64,000 bases of DNA from Raillietiella orientalis (lineage: Eukaryota). Shown here piece by piece: positions 38,301 to 51,400 of the stretch (the stretch's first letter is position 1; every line of letters begins with the position of its first letter). The notes under the pieces are model-generated. The model was given only the letters and a program-made list of their open reading frames with translations. It made no database searches and was not told the origin of the DNA. The position numbers and the translations under genes are program-made. The stretch lies in contig JAYWIR010000001.1 of assembly GCA_036172245.1 (NCBI GenBank), forward strand, positions 9,114,001 through 9,178,000. Reading direction: 5' to 3'.

Positions 38301-41300
38301 CAGCGGATGCCTTGTAATGTGTGCGTTCGTTTCTTGCGAAAACATGCAATTTCGAAGCACTGGCTGCTTGGTAACTGATTTATAACTGATTTTTCAGCGA
38401 TGCGGTCAAAATTTTGATCTAGTTGCGTGCCATTTGGCGATTAAGAATGAGAAAACCCATACGAGTACGTGGGCAATAGATCAGGCAGGCACAGAGGAAA
38501 AGTAGTAAGACTTTAATCTTCTGTTCCATGGGAAGCTGGAGAAAGCAGTTGTTTTCGAATCCATTCACTTCAGCTTCCAAATCCAAGAAACAGTTTTAAG
38601 ACCAACATGGTGGAAACCATCGTGGCACGTCGACACGTCCTCACCGCAGGATAGAGCAGATCAAAACACTGAGTGCACTCGCGAAAATACTTGTAAAGGA
38701 CCACTGTCATTGGAAACATTCGATTTTTAGATGCTGTTCAGAAGTTGCTCTTGTCCGAACTCGTGCTGCCACTTGAAGTGGCAGCAGATGAAATCTTCAG
38801 TTGGCGAAATGTCGCCGGCTGCCGAACGATTGCTCACTGAAGGGCTATTTAGCTTGTTAAAATATGAGTCACTTCACTTACACAGAAGAAATCCCCCGGA
38901 CAAAAGAGCACTTAATTTCACAGCAACGTGAGCTGGGAAGCAAGCAATTCGAATAGCTGAGTCGTGAATGAAGCTTCGTGAGGAACTTTCGAAAGCGGGA
39001 AGGTCGAACGAGGTGAAGCGGATCCTTTGTGCAGATTTCAGCTGCTTTGCACACGACTTTCTTCTCCCCGCTGGTCTGCAAGATTCCTTCCAGGTGCCTC
39101 ATCTCGAGTTCTTCATGGAGATGGCGAAACCCACCGCGAACAAAGAATGCGATGTTTCATTTTCCGCACTCTCCTAATGAAACTTCGTGAGGTCTGCGCT
39201 AGCTGCAGCTCCTGACTCATCATCATAATCATTATTCCTTTCAACTGCTTGCATGCCAACGATAGTCTCGGAGAATTTGCTGACAGTCTTTAAACCCTAT
39301 GTGGACCGCGATTTCGTCCAAAGAGATACGGAAGTGTGGAGGTGCCGGGACTGAATTCTAAGGCTGGTGGCCATTCTAAAGGAATGCCTCGACCTAGGGA
39401 GCAGAAGCTCGGGTCCAACCCGTGAAACAAGCAGACTCTCTGATTTTCGAGATGGCCCCTTAGGGGTGCACATCAGAAGCTCACTTGGTGCTGCAGAAGG
39501 GCAGTTGCTTGGTGTCTTCTGCCCACTTGAAAGCGGCGAAGGGGCTTTCTCCACCTTCAGGACGGACAAAGGTCCAATTCAGCTGGATGTTGTATCCGCT
39601 GCCCGTCTCCAGGTATTGCTTCGGATTCGAGATATCATCTGGAAGAAGTCTGGAAAGTCCGTTCCAGCGCTCCGTGGGGAGAGAATCTCGCTCCGCATAT
39701 AAATTTTCGCAAAATGGCGAAGCCGCTCCCGAATCCAGACTCGGCATCGCAGGCAGCCGACTCGTCAGCCTCCCATCTCGTCTGACGATCGACAGCGAGT
39801 ACTCGTGTGCTCCGCATCTCCGTAGAGGAAAGGGTAAAAAACTCCACCCCTGCACGGATGCGAGGCGTGTGGCATCCGCAGGACGTCTAGGGAGTATCGA
39901 TAGAAACAGCCCGCTGCAGATCAACTGCATCCCGGTGTCGCACCACGGCGGTTCGCGTGCGGGAACCTCGAATTCGACCACGGGCACGAAGCGCGCTCCC
40001 TTTCTGGCGCAGGGGTGGGAAGGAAAAGCAACTCAAAGGAGCCATGCCACTTTGGGTGCCGAGCACCTCCACGACCCGCACCTGACCCCCCGAGCAAAAG
40101 GAACCGGAACTTCGCATGAATGTTCATTCGGGAGATTCTCTTGCCCTTCGGCGAAAAAGAGACCGCGCTCGGCAGACGGCTGCCTCTTTCGGCGCAGAGC
40201 GGAATTTCCCATTGCGACGACGAAATGCTCCAATGAATGCACTTGATGTTTTAGTACTGGTACGATGAAAATCTTAGATGGAATCCAAACAAGTACAGCG
40301 GTGTTACGAAAGTGTATATTCCTTCAGAGCAGATATGGCGCCCAGATATCGTTCTGTACAACAAGTAAGTTGGAAAAATCCTTTGCGATCTACAGTCTAT
40401 CCCTTTTTTCATTTATTTATGTGCTTATTTGTTTATTTTTATGGTTTCAATTTTGAAAACTTGGTGCCCGGCAGCTGCGTTCGAGAGGCGATCCCATCCG
40501 GACTTCCTTTCCAGATTCCAATAGGCAAGATCATCGAGCCCGTTAGTCGAGCTCCTGCGAGCAAGGGATACAGCTTTCTATCAGCTTTTCGAAAAATGCA
40601 TACGTTATCGATGCCTTTTTCGCGTTCCCCTCATGCGGGTCCTCAAGAAAACCGCCCCGATCCAGAAATGTTGCGAGTCTTCCATTCGTTGGATGCATCT
40701 GATGATGGAGGTCACTCGTGATGGATGCCGCTGAGGATATTCGTGCACTGAGAAATTATCCCTTTTTTCACATAAACCTTGAACTTTGGTCATCCGGGTC
40801 ACCGGTTCGCGGAGCGGCCGCTTCGCCGGGACGCATCTTCCTGACACAACGAAAGCGCAGCCCTCCGGGAGGCCGCGATTTTTTTCGTGTTCCTTCGTGA
40901 CGTCACGCCATGCCGTTGGGGAGAAAGAATGCCCTCCCTCGCCAATGGGGGCGAGAGGAGCTCTGGCGACATTTGAAAAAGCGACTGCTGGAGCGGAGCG
41001 TGGGGACGCGACGGAAAGCAGAGGGAGTTCCGCTTCCCGAGCGTCGCAGCACAGAGAAACATCCACCAGGCGAAGGTTTCTCCCAGCATCCCTGGTGCGG
41101 ACGGCAACCGCAGGAAAAAAGTCGCAAGATGCGGCTGAACTCCGAAGGGTGGTGCCGGACCGCAGCCTCGGAGAGATCGAGGCAAGCCCGCTGGGATCCG
41201 CGTGTCTCCTACGGCCGACGTAGCTACTGGAGACGAGGCGTTGCTACCAGCGACGAGGGTAGTCAAGCAGCTGCGCAAGCAGTGCCGTTCGTCGCCAGCG

Positions 41301-44300
41301 GCGGGCGAGCGGCGAGACCACGGCGCACCGCGCCGCTCCCCGAGGCTTCGAGTGCGCAGGGTCGGAGGAGCCAGAGACATCCAGAGCGAGCGGGAGGCCA
41401 TCCCGTAGCATCGGGAGCTTCTGGCGCTGCAGAGGCAACGAGGTACGGCCAGGACGCGATCGTCGAGGGCGTCCCGCGGGAAAACTCGGAAACTTCGGGA
41501 GCGGCGAAGGTGGCGCCTTCGAACTCGAGCGAGCGAGCGCGCAGGATTGCGAGGATGTGGATTGCTGGACCAGTCCGTGCAGCAAGGCAGAGGAGGTGCC
41601 GCCCTCTGTCCACTTGCAGCCGACCCAGAGAAAGCACTCGACCGTCCCTGACCACCAGGGACGGACGGTCGCTCCCCGGGCATGCGCGCGTTCTCAGGCA
41701 GGGCGTTGCCGCTGATGACGAGATGAAACGGAAGCGCATTAGCGTGCTCAGCCCTCCTTTCTTCCGGAATTCGCCGGAGCACGTCGTCGGGTGCGCCCCC
41801 GGGGGTGCTGCTAGGGAAACCGTCGGGACGGATGGGAATTGTCCGTCCCGTTGCTGGAATGCACCGATGCGGCAGCGGGAACGGCACACCAGGCGAAAGG
41901 CGCGACAGCGGGCAAGGCGGACTCTCTCCTTCCGAACAGGACACTCCGACGGCCTCGAGCAGCGGAACCGCGCCGCTCCCCTGTTCGGCGGACCGGGACG
42001 CCACACGACTCTGCGGGTCTGCTGGGCGGATGCGTTTCGACGCGCCCAGGGGTCGGATCCGACTCCCGAGGTGTCCCTCTGAGGATCGCTGCAACCGGCT
42101 CCGTGGTCTCGGCAAACCTGGAACTTCCCGGCGGGGGTCGGAATCCCGGACAAAGGCCTTCACTCTGCGCGCTTTCTCCGAGCGACCCTGTTCAGCTACC
42201 GCTTCCCGTCTGAACGTGGAGACGGCTGCCTCCCGGGCTCGCAGCAAGCGTCTCGCCCGAACCACAACCACCGACCGCTTCCGTGGACGCTCGCCCTCTG
42301 CTCGCTTGGCCCTCGGCAGAATGTGGCGGCGCGCTCCGATCGCCACCGTGCGGTTCGCGGCAGCTGCAGCGGCGTTGCCGTCAAAGAGCGGAGCATCGAG
42401 CGCGGCGGAGGCTTGCTGCAGGACAAGCCGAGAGTGTCTTGTCGCTGCAAGGATCTTTCAGATGAGTAGGGCTGAAGGAAACCACGGATGGGGCTCACGC
42501 AGATGGGAGCACACAGAGCGCGCGCGTGCAATCCATCCTTCGCTTACGAATGCTTAGACGTGAATGGGAATGAGTCGACTCAGCTTTCGCGGTTGCCCGT
42601 AAGATGGCGGTTGGGGAGACGGGGAGTCAACGCTGGACCGCTCAACACCTCGGTAGGTAAACGGCGCTTCCCCACGGATGTGCGCCACCCGAGGTGGCTC
42701 CGAGAATTCGGGCACGTTTGCGCTGAAATTTCCTTGTCGTTCGTAAGCGATCCGTCGATGGAGATTCCGTTGCTAATGGCAACAGAATCGGTCCTTCATT
42801 CCGTTAAAGAAGCATTTTCATTCACTTGGAATTACGGCATGTAATAAAATAATAATTTCTGTATTCAGTGGATCGAATCGACTTGAGATGAATAGAATCA
42901 TTGCAGTGAGTCGTCTCCTCCCGCGATAAAAGGGGAAAAAAGAAAAATATCTTTCTAAACGTGGAAAGAAACGAAAATTCATTAGGAATTTTTTTTTCCC
43001 TGCTTAAGACTGCCGGAAGCTGCCCACCTCGACAGAATCTAGTCAGATTTGTCTCACATCAAGATTAGGACCAAGCTATCATTCCACGAAAACCAGTTGC
43101 CATGGGGATCTGGAAATCTATCTCTCTGGGAATCCGCGGGTTTCGAGCATTCATTTCGTGGGGCCATAGTCCTTCCCATTTCGGATCTTTTTTCGAAAAC
43201 AACCTTGTTTGGTTCCATGACCCCCATCACCAGTCTGGCTGGTCTCAGCATGGAAGATAATTCGAAAGGCACCTCCTTCCTCCACTACGAACGCCATCGT
43301 CCACGTGAATCGTTAGGAGATGCTGAGCTCCTCTGTGGCCAACCACGGCACAGCAAACCAAGAACCTCAGAGGTGGATCTATAGCACCACCAATAGCCAT
43401 CTCCACTTTGATCTTAGCCAAAAGGTCATTTCCCAGAGTATTTGCACACGTGCAGCAGACCCCCTTATGACGACACCATAGGAGGGGTTCAACATTCCTC
43501 ATGACGAAATCCCCAGCGATCAAAATCCCGAAGGATCATAAAAAATAAACATCATTGCTCACGTGTAAATGAATAAGTAAATATCGAATTAGCGAAAATG
43601 AAAAATAACTGGGGCGAAAAAAGTGGGAAAAGTAAAAACGCAAACAAATAAAAAAAGGAATAAAAATCTATTTAACACCAGATAGATTTAAACAATCTTT
43701 ACATGAATGTATGTGTAAACTTAATAAGCATATATATATACATATATGTAATCTTCATGATATATATTCACCTATTTATTGGTCTTTAATTACATATGTA
43801 TGCAAATACATATTTATTTTTTATAATTCTTGTAAAATATAATCAACAACTTATTAATTTTATTAATAGAATGTATGTCACTAAATCTTCATAAATATAT
43901 CTGTTTCGGTAACATTACTGTCTATAATACGTATCTCATTGAATAGAATATGCATGTCAACTATGCATATTAAAATAAATTTGCGTGTTAATCTATGAGG
44001 AATAAACTCCACATAGATTTTTTATCACTCCTTCAGGATTTCGGTCGGCACCGCGTTATAGGAGTCCTATGCGTTTAGCGTAAATAAGATGGAGAAAGAT
44101 AGAAAAAGTATCGCGAACAATATAGCAGTAGAATATTTAGAATTATAAGTTAAAACGAAGGTTAAAAAATTTAAAATTCCTTATTTTATGGTTTGACTCG
44201 ACGTATGAAGGGGACCCCTCGTTTTGTTACCACTCAATAATTTCAGCGATTCTATATTTTCAGCTCTATCGTTCTCCTTATTGAGAAATGCATCTGCTTC

Positions 44301-47300
44301 CCTCTATTTCATCTAGTAGAGTGAAAATGAAACTGGACTCGAGCTATCAAAGTTGTGTGTTCCGTGTTCTTTCTGGAAACGACTTTACCACTGTGTCGCA
44401 AGGGGCTGATCTACCGCGTTATACGAGAGCTGTCTCCATTTCCCGCCGTCCACACGGAAACACTGGACACTCTGCGTTCCTGGTGTCTGCTCACCACAGA
44501 TGACTCGGAATATCGCATGCAAGAAATCGCACGGGAGTGGAAGCCTCGATACGCACTAAGCAATCTGCATGCATACCGCCAGTGTTTCACGTATGCTGCA
44601 GTGTCATCCTTGCAGCTCAACCACGCGTGGTGCCGAGCATCGTGGGTTCGAATCCGGCCCGAGGAAGGACCGACGTCCCTATGGGGAACGGGGAGTGCGT
44701 CGTAGGTTTCGAGTCCTCGCCGCAGGACGACGCTGGTTGCGTCATTCGGGTGCGGCACTAGCAAGCCGGAAGCCGGAAACCCCCAGATGTCCCCGTTGAG
44801 TTACCGGGACTGGAATTCGACCCTCTGGGGTCCTTCCGGGACATCAAGGAGCCGTCCTCCCCGCTTCGAGGGAGGGAAACCCTCCATCGGGTACCGTGGA
44901 GGGTGTGGACTGACGGCCTTTCCAGAGTGTGAAGAAGCGCGCTGCTCCCTTCGGGAAGCGACCCTTCAGAGAAATTGGGAAGTGTCCCTTCATGGCTCTC
45001 TTCCGAGGAAGAGGAAACGAGGAGCGGGGGTTCTCTCTGGAGAAGAAATTCCAGGAGCGGATCTTTTCCGGACTACCTTTGTAGAAGAAGTGAGGCGCAT
45101 CGCTGAGGCGCGTTCCTCCACCTCGGTCGGGGCCGTGCAGCAAGTTCTGGTCCCGTCCTTATTCGTCCCAGGGAGTCCTCCTTCAGAAAATGAGGCTCCA
45201 GGGTCCCCTCCGGAAGCGAACGGGGCTAGGGTTCCAGCTCGGGGTTCTCCCCCCAAGCGTAAGAGGAGAACACACTCCTTCCTCCGGAGCCCTTACTGGA
45301 TTCACAGGGTGATTCCTCCGGGGTCACCCTCAAACCTGAAGAGTCACACGCACCTTCGGGTGGCGTTACAGAGTTTCATGAGCCCCCCGTAAGGAGGCGA
45401 ACTGTTCTTCTGCACTCCTAGAGAACCAAAACAAAAAAAAAATCTGAAAGCAGCGAAAAGCAGCGAAACAGAAGAATTCTGAGGGATTTCCATGACCTCG
45501 ATGATCCACCTCTCGTTTGCTTGATCTCTTCCATTCGCTTTCACGGGTTGCCTTTGTGTTTATGGGAATCCCTATTTGAATGTTCCGCATGTCGGAATTT
45601 TCATGACTCTCCTTCCTCGGGAGAAAAAAGAAAGAAAAAAAACTTTCTTCCTCTTCTGAATTCAAATCCTTTCCAGAAGCGAGCCTGAGGAATTTTTCTG
45701 GGGAGGTCTCTTGCCGGGATTCGCGAAGGTGGGCGCAAACCGAGGGCTAATTTTTTTTTTTTTTTTTTTTTTCGTAATGCGTGACACGCGGTGAAAGGTG
45801 TGGGAGGGATCCGTGCCGTGGGTGCACCGGTGTGCTCGCGTCTCTGTCAGACGCTTCGGACAGGACAATCCGTCAGCATGGAAGCTGGCAGCGAGCAGAT
45901 CTTCTCCTGGGCATGAGGATGGAATACAACCGCTCGAGAGGGTCGCGAATTTCGGTCACACCCACAATCAGCAATGCGATGTTCGCCATGACGTCATCAC
46001 ACCAATTGTAATACTGCTAACGCTAAAATAATAATAAAGCAATAACTGATGCTGGAATATGCTAGGTCAGTTCTGCGTGTCGTGGTCAAGAGCGAATTCT
46101 CTGAAAGTTTGTGGGTAACACAGGTGATAGGTCATCGAACCGATCTCGAATCTAGAAGGTGCTGAACCGAGAGGTTACCCTCAGGATTTCAACTGGGCCT
46201 TTGCTTGATGGCTCTCGTTCTTTAATTACGTCTTGTGCCTTTCACAATCGGTGTGAACATCCTCGCTTAGAAAGAAAGAAAGAAACGCCACTGCAGCAGA
46301 TGGATCCCGCACAAGGGACTCGTGTCTAGGATCGCAGATCACTTGTGAGTCGTAAAAGGCAATCTCGAGATGCTGGTTGCGGCCCGTCTTGCTTTCTGCT
46401 GGCGTGCCGATAATCTGCTTCGACAAATTCCTTCGAAACTGCCTTCTCCTTGTATCAGCTGGATTTTATCTCGTCCTGTTGGTTCTGGAAACCTTGGCAT
46501 CTGCGGGCTTCAGTTTTCTTATTTTCGTGTGTTGGAGCCACTCCGCTTGCTGTGCAGACACATGCACCTTCTTCTTTCAAGGGAGAATGGTATTCGTTTT
46601 CTTCGTCAAACAGCCGATAAGCAGTCTTAAGCACTCCCTGGGGATCCATCCGTTCTCCGTTCTTTTCTTCTTATGAGTGAGAAAGAGCGCTTCCAGCGGG
46701 AACTAATGATTTCAGCATTTCGGGACTTCTTACTCCCGAAAGAACTTTAAAGAAACCGAAAGGGTAGAGGCGAACGATGGGAGGAGTTTCCCCCTGGTGT
46801 CAGTTTGGCTGAAGACAGTGATGAAAATCGCTGATGGTAACCTCGTCGGCTGCTTCCACAAAGACTGCCACCGTGATAACCGCGACCACCGCCTCCGGTT
46901 TTCATGTAGAGTTTCCTATGTAGGCCTCTCTCCTGTTGGTTCCTCGTTCTCGCCAAGGAGGCGTTTCTGTGTAGAGAAGCCCTACGATGCGCGACGACGT
47001 TTAAACTGTGGGAAGGAGCTGTGACCTGCAAATCCAAGACCGCAGCACGGGGACAGTTTGCCTGGGCTTCATTGCGGCACCAGTTATTTCTTAGAAAAAG
47101 TCACAGAAAGAGACATCTGCTGCAGCAGATATCTCTTCCCTGCAATCCCCGGGAAACTCTCAACCCTTGATCTTTCCATTAATTTCAGTGCGGGTGGTAA
47201 CTTCGAGGTCACGCTGTCCACCAAGGCCACAGTCCACAACACGGGGCTGATCGAGTGGAAGCCACCCGCGATCTACGCCTCCTACTGCGAGATCAACGTG

Positions 47301-48361
47301 GAATACTTTCCGTATGACGAGCAAACCTGCCTCATGAAGTTCGGAAGCTGGACCTACGATGGCCTGAAGGCATGTTTTTTTTCTTCTTTTTTTCTGGAAA
47401 TAGGTGCTGTAAATCCCTTCGAACAAACCTACAAGCGAACTCAGGAGAGGAACTGACCTCTCGAGCACGAACATTTTCGGTCGTCTGCGATCCACGCTAT
47501 ACGAATGCGAAAACCCCGCTCTCGACGACCATTGCGTACAAACGGGCGCACGCACACCGCACGGGCAAGCAGCCACGCCCTCGCGACCGTGTCTTGCAGG
47601 AAGAAATTTCGTGCCCTCGGCACACAGTCGAATCCCTTACTCAAATCCCCATCCTTAATTTAGGACGTTTTCCCGTTTTTGCCCCCCAAGATTCTACCCG
47701 CCCGCTGCGGCCCTCATTTTTTTTTTTTTTTTTTTTTTTGCCCTTCTGCGGAGCTCCTAGTTCGCGTTGACTTCACGCCGATACGCACGACAGTGTTGCC
47801 ACCTGGTCAAGCCGGGGCGTATATTAATGGAAATGAACATGCAACAGTCGTGAACATGGAGTCCCACCATGGCCGACCTTACAATAGAACTGCCGGGTTG
47901 CCGGTGCACAGACTGGCTGGATTCACTTCGGCAGCGAAGGGAGATGGGGAAAAACAAAAACAAACAAAATAAAATAAAACTAAAGAATAAATACAAACAC
48001 TCTGGAGGCCCGGGAAGGGATCACCCCCCGCTCCCTCCAGGCTAGGTCTGTCCGGATATGTTCCAGATGGTGTCGCCACCCGCAGGAAGCGAACAGCGAA
48101 GTGGATGGCATTCCTGTCGTTCCTTCCTCCGTTGGCTTCGCTCCACGCCGCCACAGTCCTGCGGAGGCAGCAAAGTTCTGCTGGGGCAGAGGCTGGCTGT
48201 AGAGAGTCCCGTACGAAGAGAAACCGTAAAACGTCCCCAAGGTTGCCGACGGGGGGTTCCAAGAGTCACAGCAAAGCGTTTCCCAAGGGGCCGGAGGGAA
48301 GCACAGTCCACTAGCAGATGCGAGAGGGATTCGCGTTCCCCGCGCCTGCCACAGATTTGGT

Positions 48362-48406
<45 letters not shown>

Positions 48407-51400
48407 TCCAGTGACGAACGACTGTGCAGCACCGGCACAGCCGCGCTGTCAACTTGAGCGGTCGACTTCCCTGGGATGCTGCTCAAATTCCTCTTCAGCT
48501 AAGTGACCTCAGTGACGATGTACCTCGTTCGAACCGCGCGTGCACGGTCCTTCAAAATCATATTGAAAAAAAAAAAAGGATGAAAACATAAGAAGTTTAA
48601 AGTTTCGATTTAGATTGAATTCCACGGTCTTTTCCGGACCATCTGACTTGGGACAAGCGACCTGTTCACCTCCACCCTTTGCCCTAGGCTCCGCAATGCG
48701 CCTTCTGCATGAACCCCCTTTCCTGAGAGAGAGGGGAGGGGGAGGGGGGAGGAAGATGCAAACGAACGGAAATGCGAAAGCCACTTGGAGAGATTCTCAA
48801 CGAATCGGAGGCGGAGACGACGACGACAACCTCGGTAGCTCGACGCGCAACCGCGTGCAGACGACGGGGAGAAGGGAACCGGGAGTGCGAGAAGGAAGGA
48901 GGCACGAGTCGAGGAAGACGCCACCGGCTTCACCTTTGGGTTGCTATCTTGCTCCGTTGCTCCTCAGCGTCCGGATATTTTCATTCCCCATCGCGGAAGT
49001 CACTCGAGGTAAACAGACTTGCGTCTTGGGTGGAGGCGCGAGGAGAGAGAGCTGCTCGCACCCGCGGTATGTCGAGCCGATGAGAGCGGGTTACCTCGGC
49101 AACGCGAAAGGATCCAACCCCTTCAGCCGACTTGGAGGCCTTTGTCACGGAGCGCAACACACGAGTGCTATGGGAACCGACGAAACTCAGAGCTGAGGTG
49201 TCTTCCTTCTTTCGCGTCCATGTTTCTTTTGGAGAAGCTCCTTCCTCCCGTAGACCTCGTCTCGGTACCAGCGAAGCGTCCAGACAGTTGGGTTCGCTCC
49301 AGTCCAGGAGCTCGTCCCTATGGCGGCGGATAGGGAAACAGAAAAGTCATCTGTCGCGGGATTCGGTCTTCGGCGATGCACGAAGACCGCTGTGTCCACC
49401 ACTCAGAGGATCACGCGTCGAGCTGAAAGTGCACCCGCGGCACCTTGCTTGCGTTCTGGGCGCCTGTTGACCAGCCTCGAATTAGCAGGTCCCTTCGGGA
49501 TCATCGACCCGCATCCATTCGTGGAGCGACATGGAGGGCCGTGTGGATCTCCATGCGATGATGCTATTGGGACGCCCCAGAGTCCCAGTAGGCGTGGGGT
49601 GGAGCGCGATTCGAGGACCCAACTAAACAAAAACGAGCAAAAAAAGCCGGAAAGGATGTGGGAAGCAGCAAAGATGGAGAGAGGGTCGGGACTCCATCAT
49701 CCATCACCATTAGTAACTATTTACCTTCACGTTGTTCCTCCGGTTGGTTTGCAAAGTGCCCGCGGGTCAAAGGATTGAGGAAACTGCTGCGAAGGAAGCG
49801 AGGATTCCCGCCGGCCGTAACAGACGGGAAACTTTGGTGGCGTCAGCGTATTCGTAACCGCGCTGAGCCACGGTGTGCAGCGCGCGAGGTCGCCATGGTT
49901 TCGGAGCAGCCCCCGTAGCAGTGACTCTAGTCGATATCGACACTCTGCACGCCTCTGCGTACTGTCCTTCGAGCGTGTGCCGTGCCAGGCAAAGAAGGAG
50001 AAAGTCTTTGCTTCACCGGAGCAGGAAGGACGGGTTGTCGCGCGCTGCCAGGCATGCGAGGGGCTCGAGGAGGTGCGGTGGGGTTCGTGCCACGGATCCG
50101 GAGCAGAAACACCAGAGAAATCTCTCGCGACAGAAGTGGCCCTGCACCGACGATTCCTGCGACTTCCAAGTCGTCTGCGAGCGTCGCAATGCACAAAGCG
50201 GAGACTGTACACTACGACGCAGTGCACAAAGCTGTGTCACCATCGCAACAGGATGTCCGATGCGGGAAGCCGAACTCGAAGCCGTTTCTTGTTCCAGCCA
50301 CACAGGCGATTTTGTCCGTAGCAACGGACCGCGCGTCGATCCCGAGAGTGCTGCGGTTCCGGCACGACGAAATGCCAGCAGTTCCGTCTGCAGAATTCGA
50401 CTTCGGTTTCCCTGGAAACCGCACGTGCTCAGGGAGCAGCACGAAGGCGAGCGTGCTGGGAGTTCATGCAATCAGGAACCGAGCGGAAGCAGGCGTGACA
50501 AAACCTCCCATCTTGACTGTGAGGTGCGATGGAAGCGGTTGCCAAGCATCAAGGTCACACACAGTCCGCTCGGGTGGGTGCTTTCTCGCGCTGTTCACGC
50601 CTGCGGCCATCGCAGTCCACTTTCGGGAAGCAGGTAGGGGGGACGCCACGCCGTGGGGCGTGCTTTGCCCACGGTCAGCCTCAGGGAAAGGGGAAGTCTG
50701 GACCTTGCTGACTCGACCCGACTCGGCAGAGAAAGAACCGTGCCGAGACCGTGACCCGAGGCGGGAGGACACCGATCTGCCGCAGGGAGAGATGGAGAGG
50801 GATCGCCCCAGGCATCTGTGAGATCGTCGTCGCCTTCCCGGGTACCTCCCGCCTCGTCAGGAGAGGGACTCCTCGTTTGCGAGGCGGTCGGCGAGGTCGT
50901 CCAAGTACAGGTGCACCCCGCAGGTTCGTTCCGCATACGCTCTCGGGAGCGATGCGTTCGAGAAGGACGGCAGCGTCCTTTGCCCGGAGACGCCTCCACC
51001 TCGTTACCATGCCAGCTGCTGCTCCCGCAAAGGCAGGAGGGGCGGATGAGTGTACCTCTGAGGATGAGGGATTGGGGAAAGTCTCTCGATGGAAGAACAA
51101 GGATTTCTTAGCCATCTGAATCTGCGGCCAGGGGTGGAGGCAGCTTCAGTGCCGGGATGCTGAAACTCCAGAAAGATTCAGCTCACGGGGTCCGGGATCC
51201 GGGGCAGGCGTCAGGGAGTGACAGGAGGAGGCCTCTGGATGCCTTGAGATGCTTGTGGAAGCCGAGCGGAGCCCGGGGCTAGGAGGCGCACTCGTAAATG
51301 GTGGGACCGCAGATCTGGATCTGGAGGGAAAGGCATGAGCGAGCGAGGGATGGGAACGCGTGAGACCCCTGAGAGGAGGGCAACAGCATAGGAGACAGGA

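Noticed and set aside
41707-41735. CTGATGA...GAAA hammerhead-like core
   Set aside because: There is no pairing stem II (cgagat) and no suitable stems I/III.
44605-44680. tRNA gene
   Set aside because: Only a B-box/T-arm is present, no cloverleaf; it is the head of the SINE-like repeat.
44355-44705. 'EWKP' as a second exon 4
   Set aside because: Isolated 4-residue match with no Cys-loop or other collinear motifs.
28430-45500. Inverted SINE pair forming dsRNA in the nAChR pre-mRNA
   Set aside because: Both intronic copies are in the same orientation.
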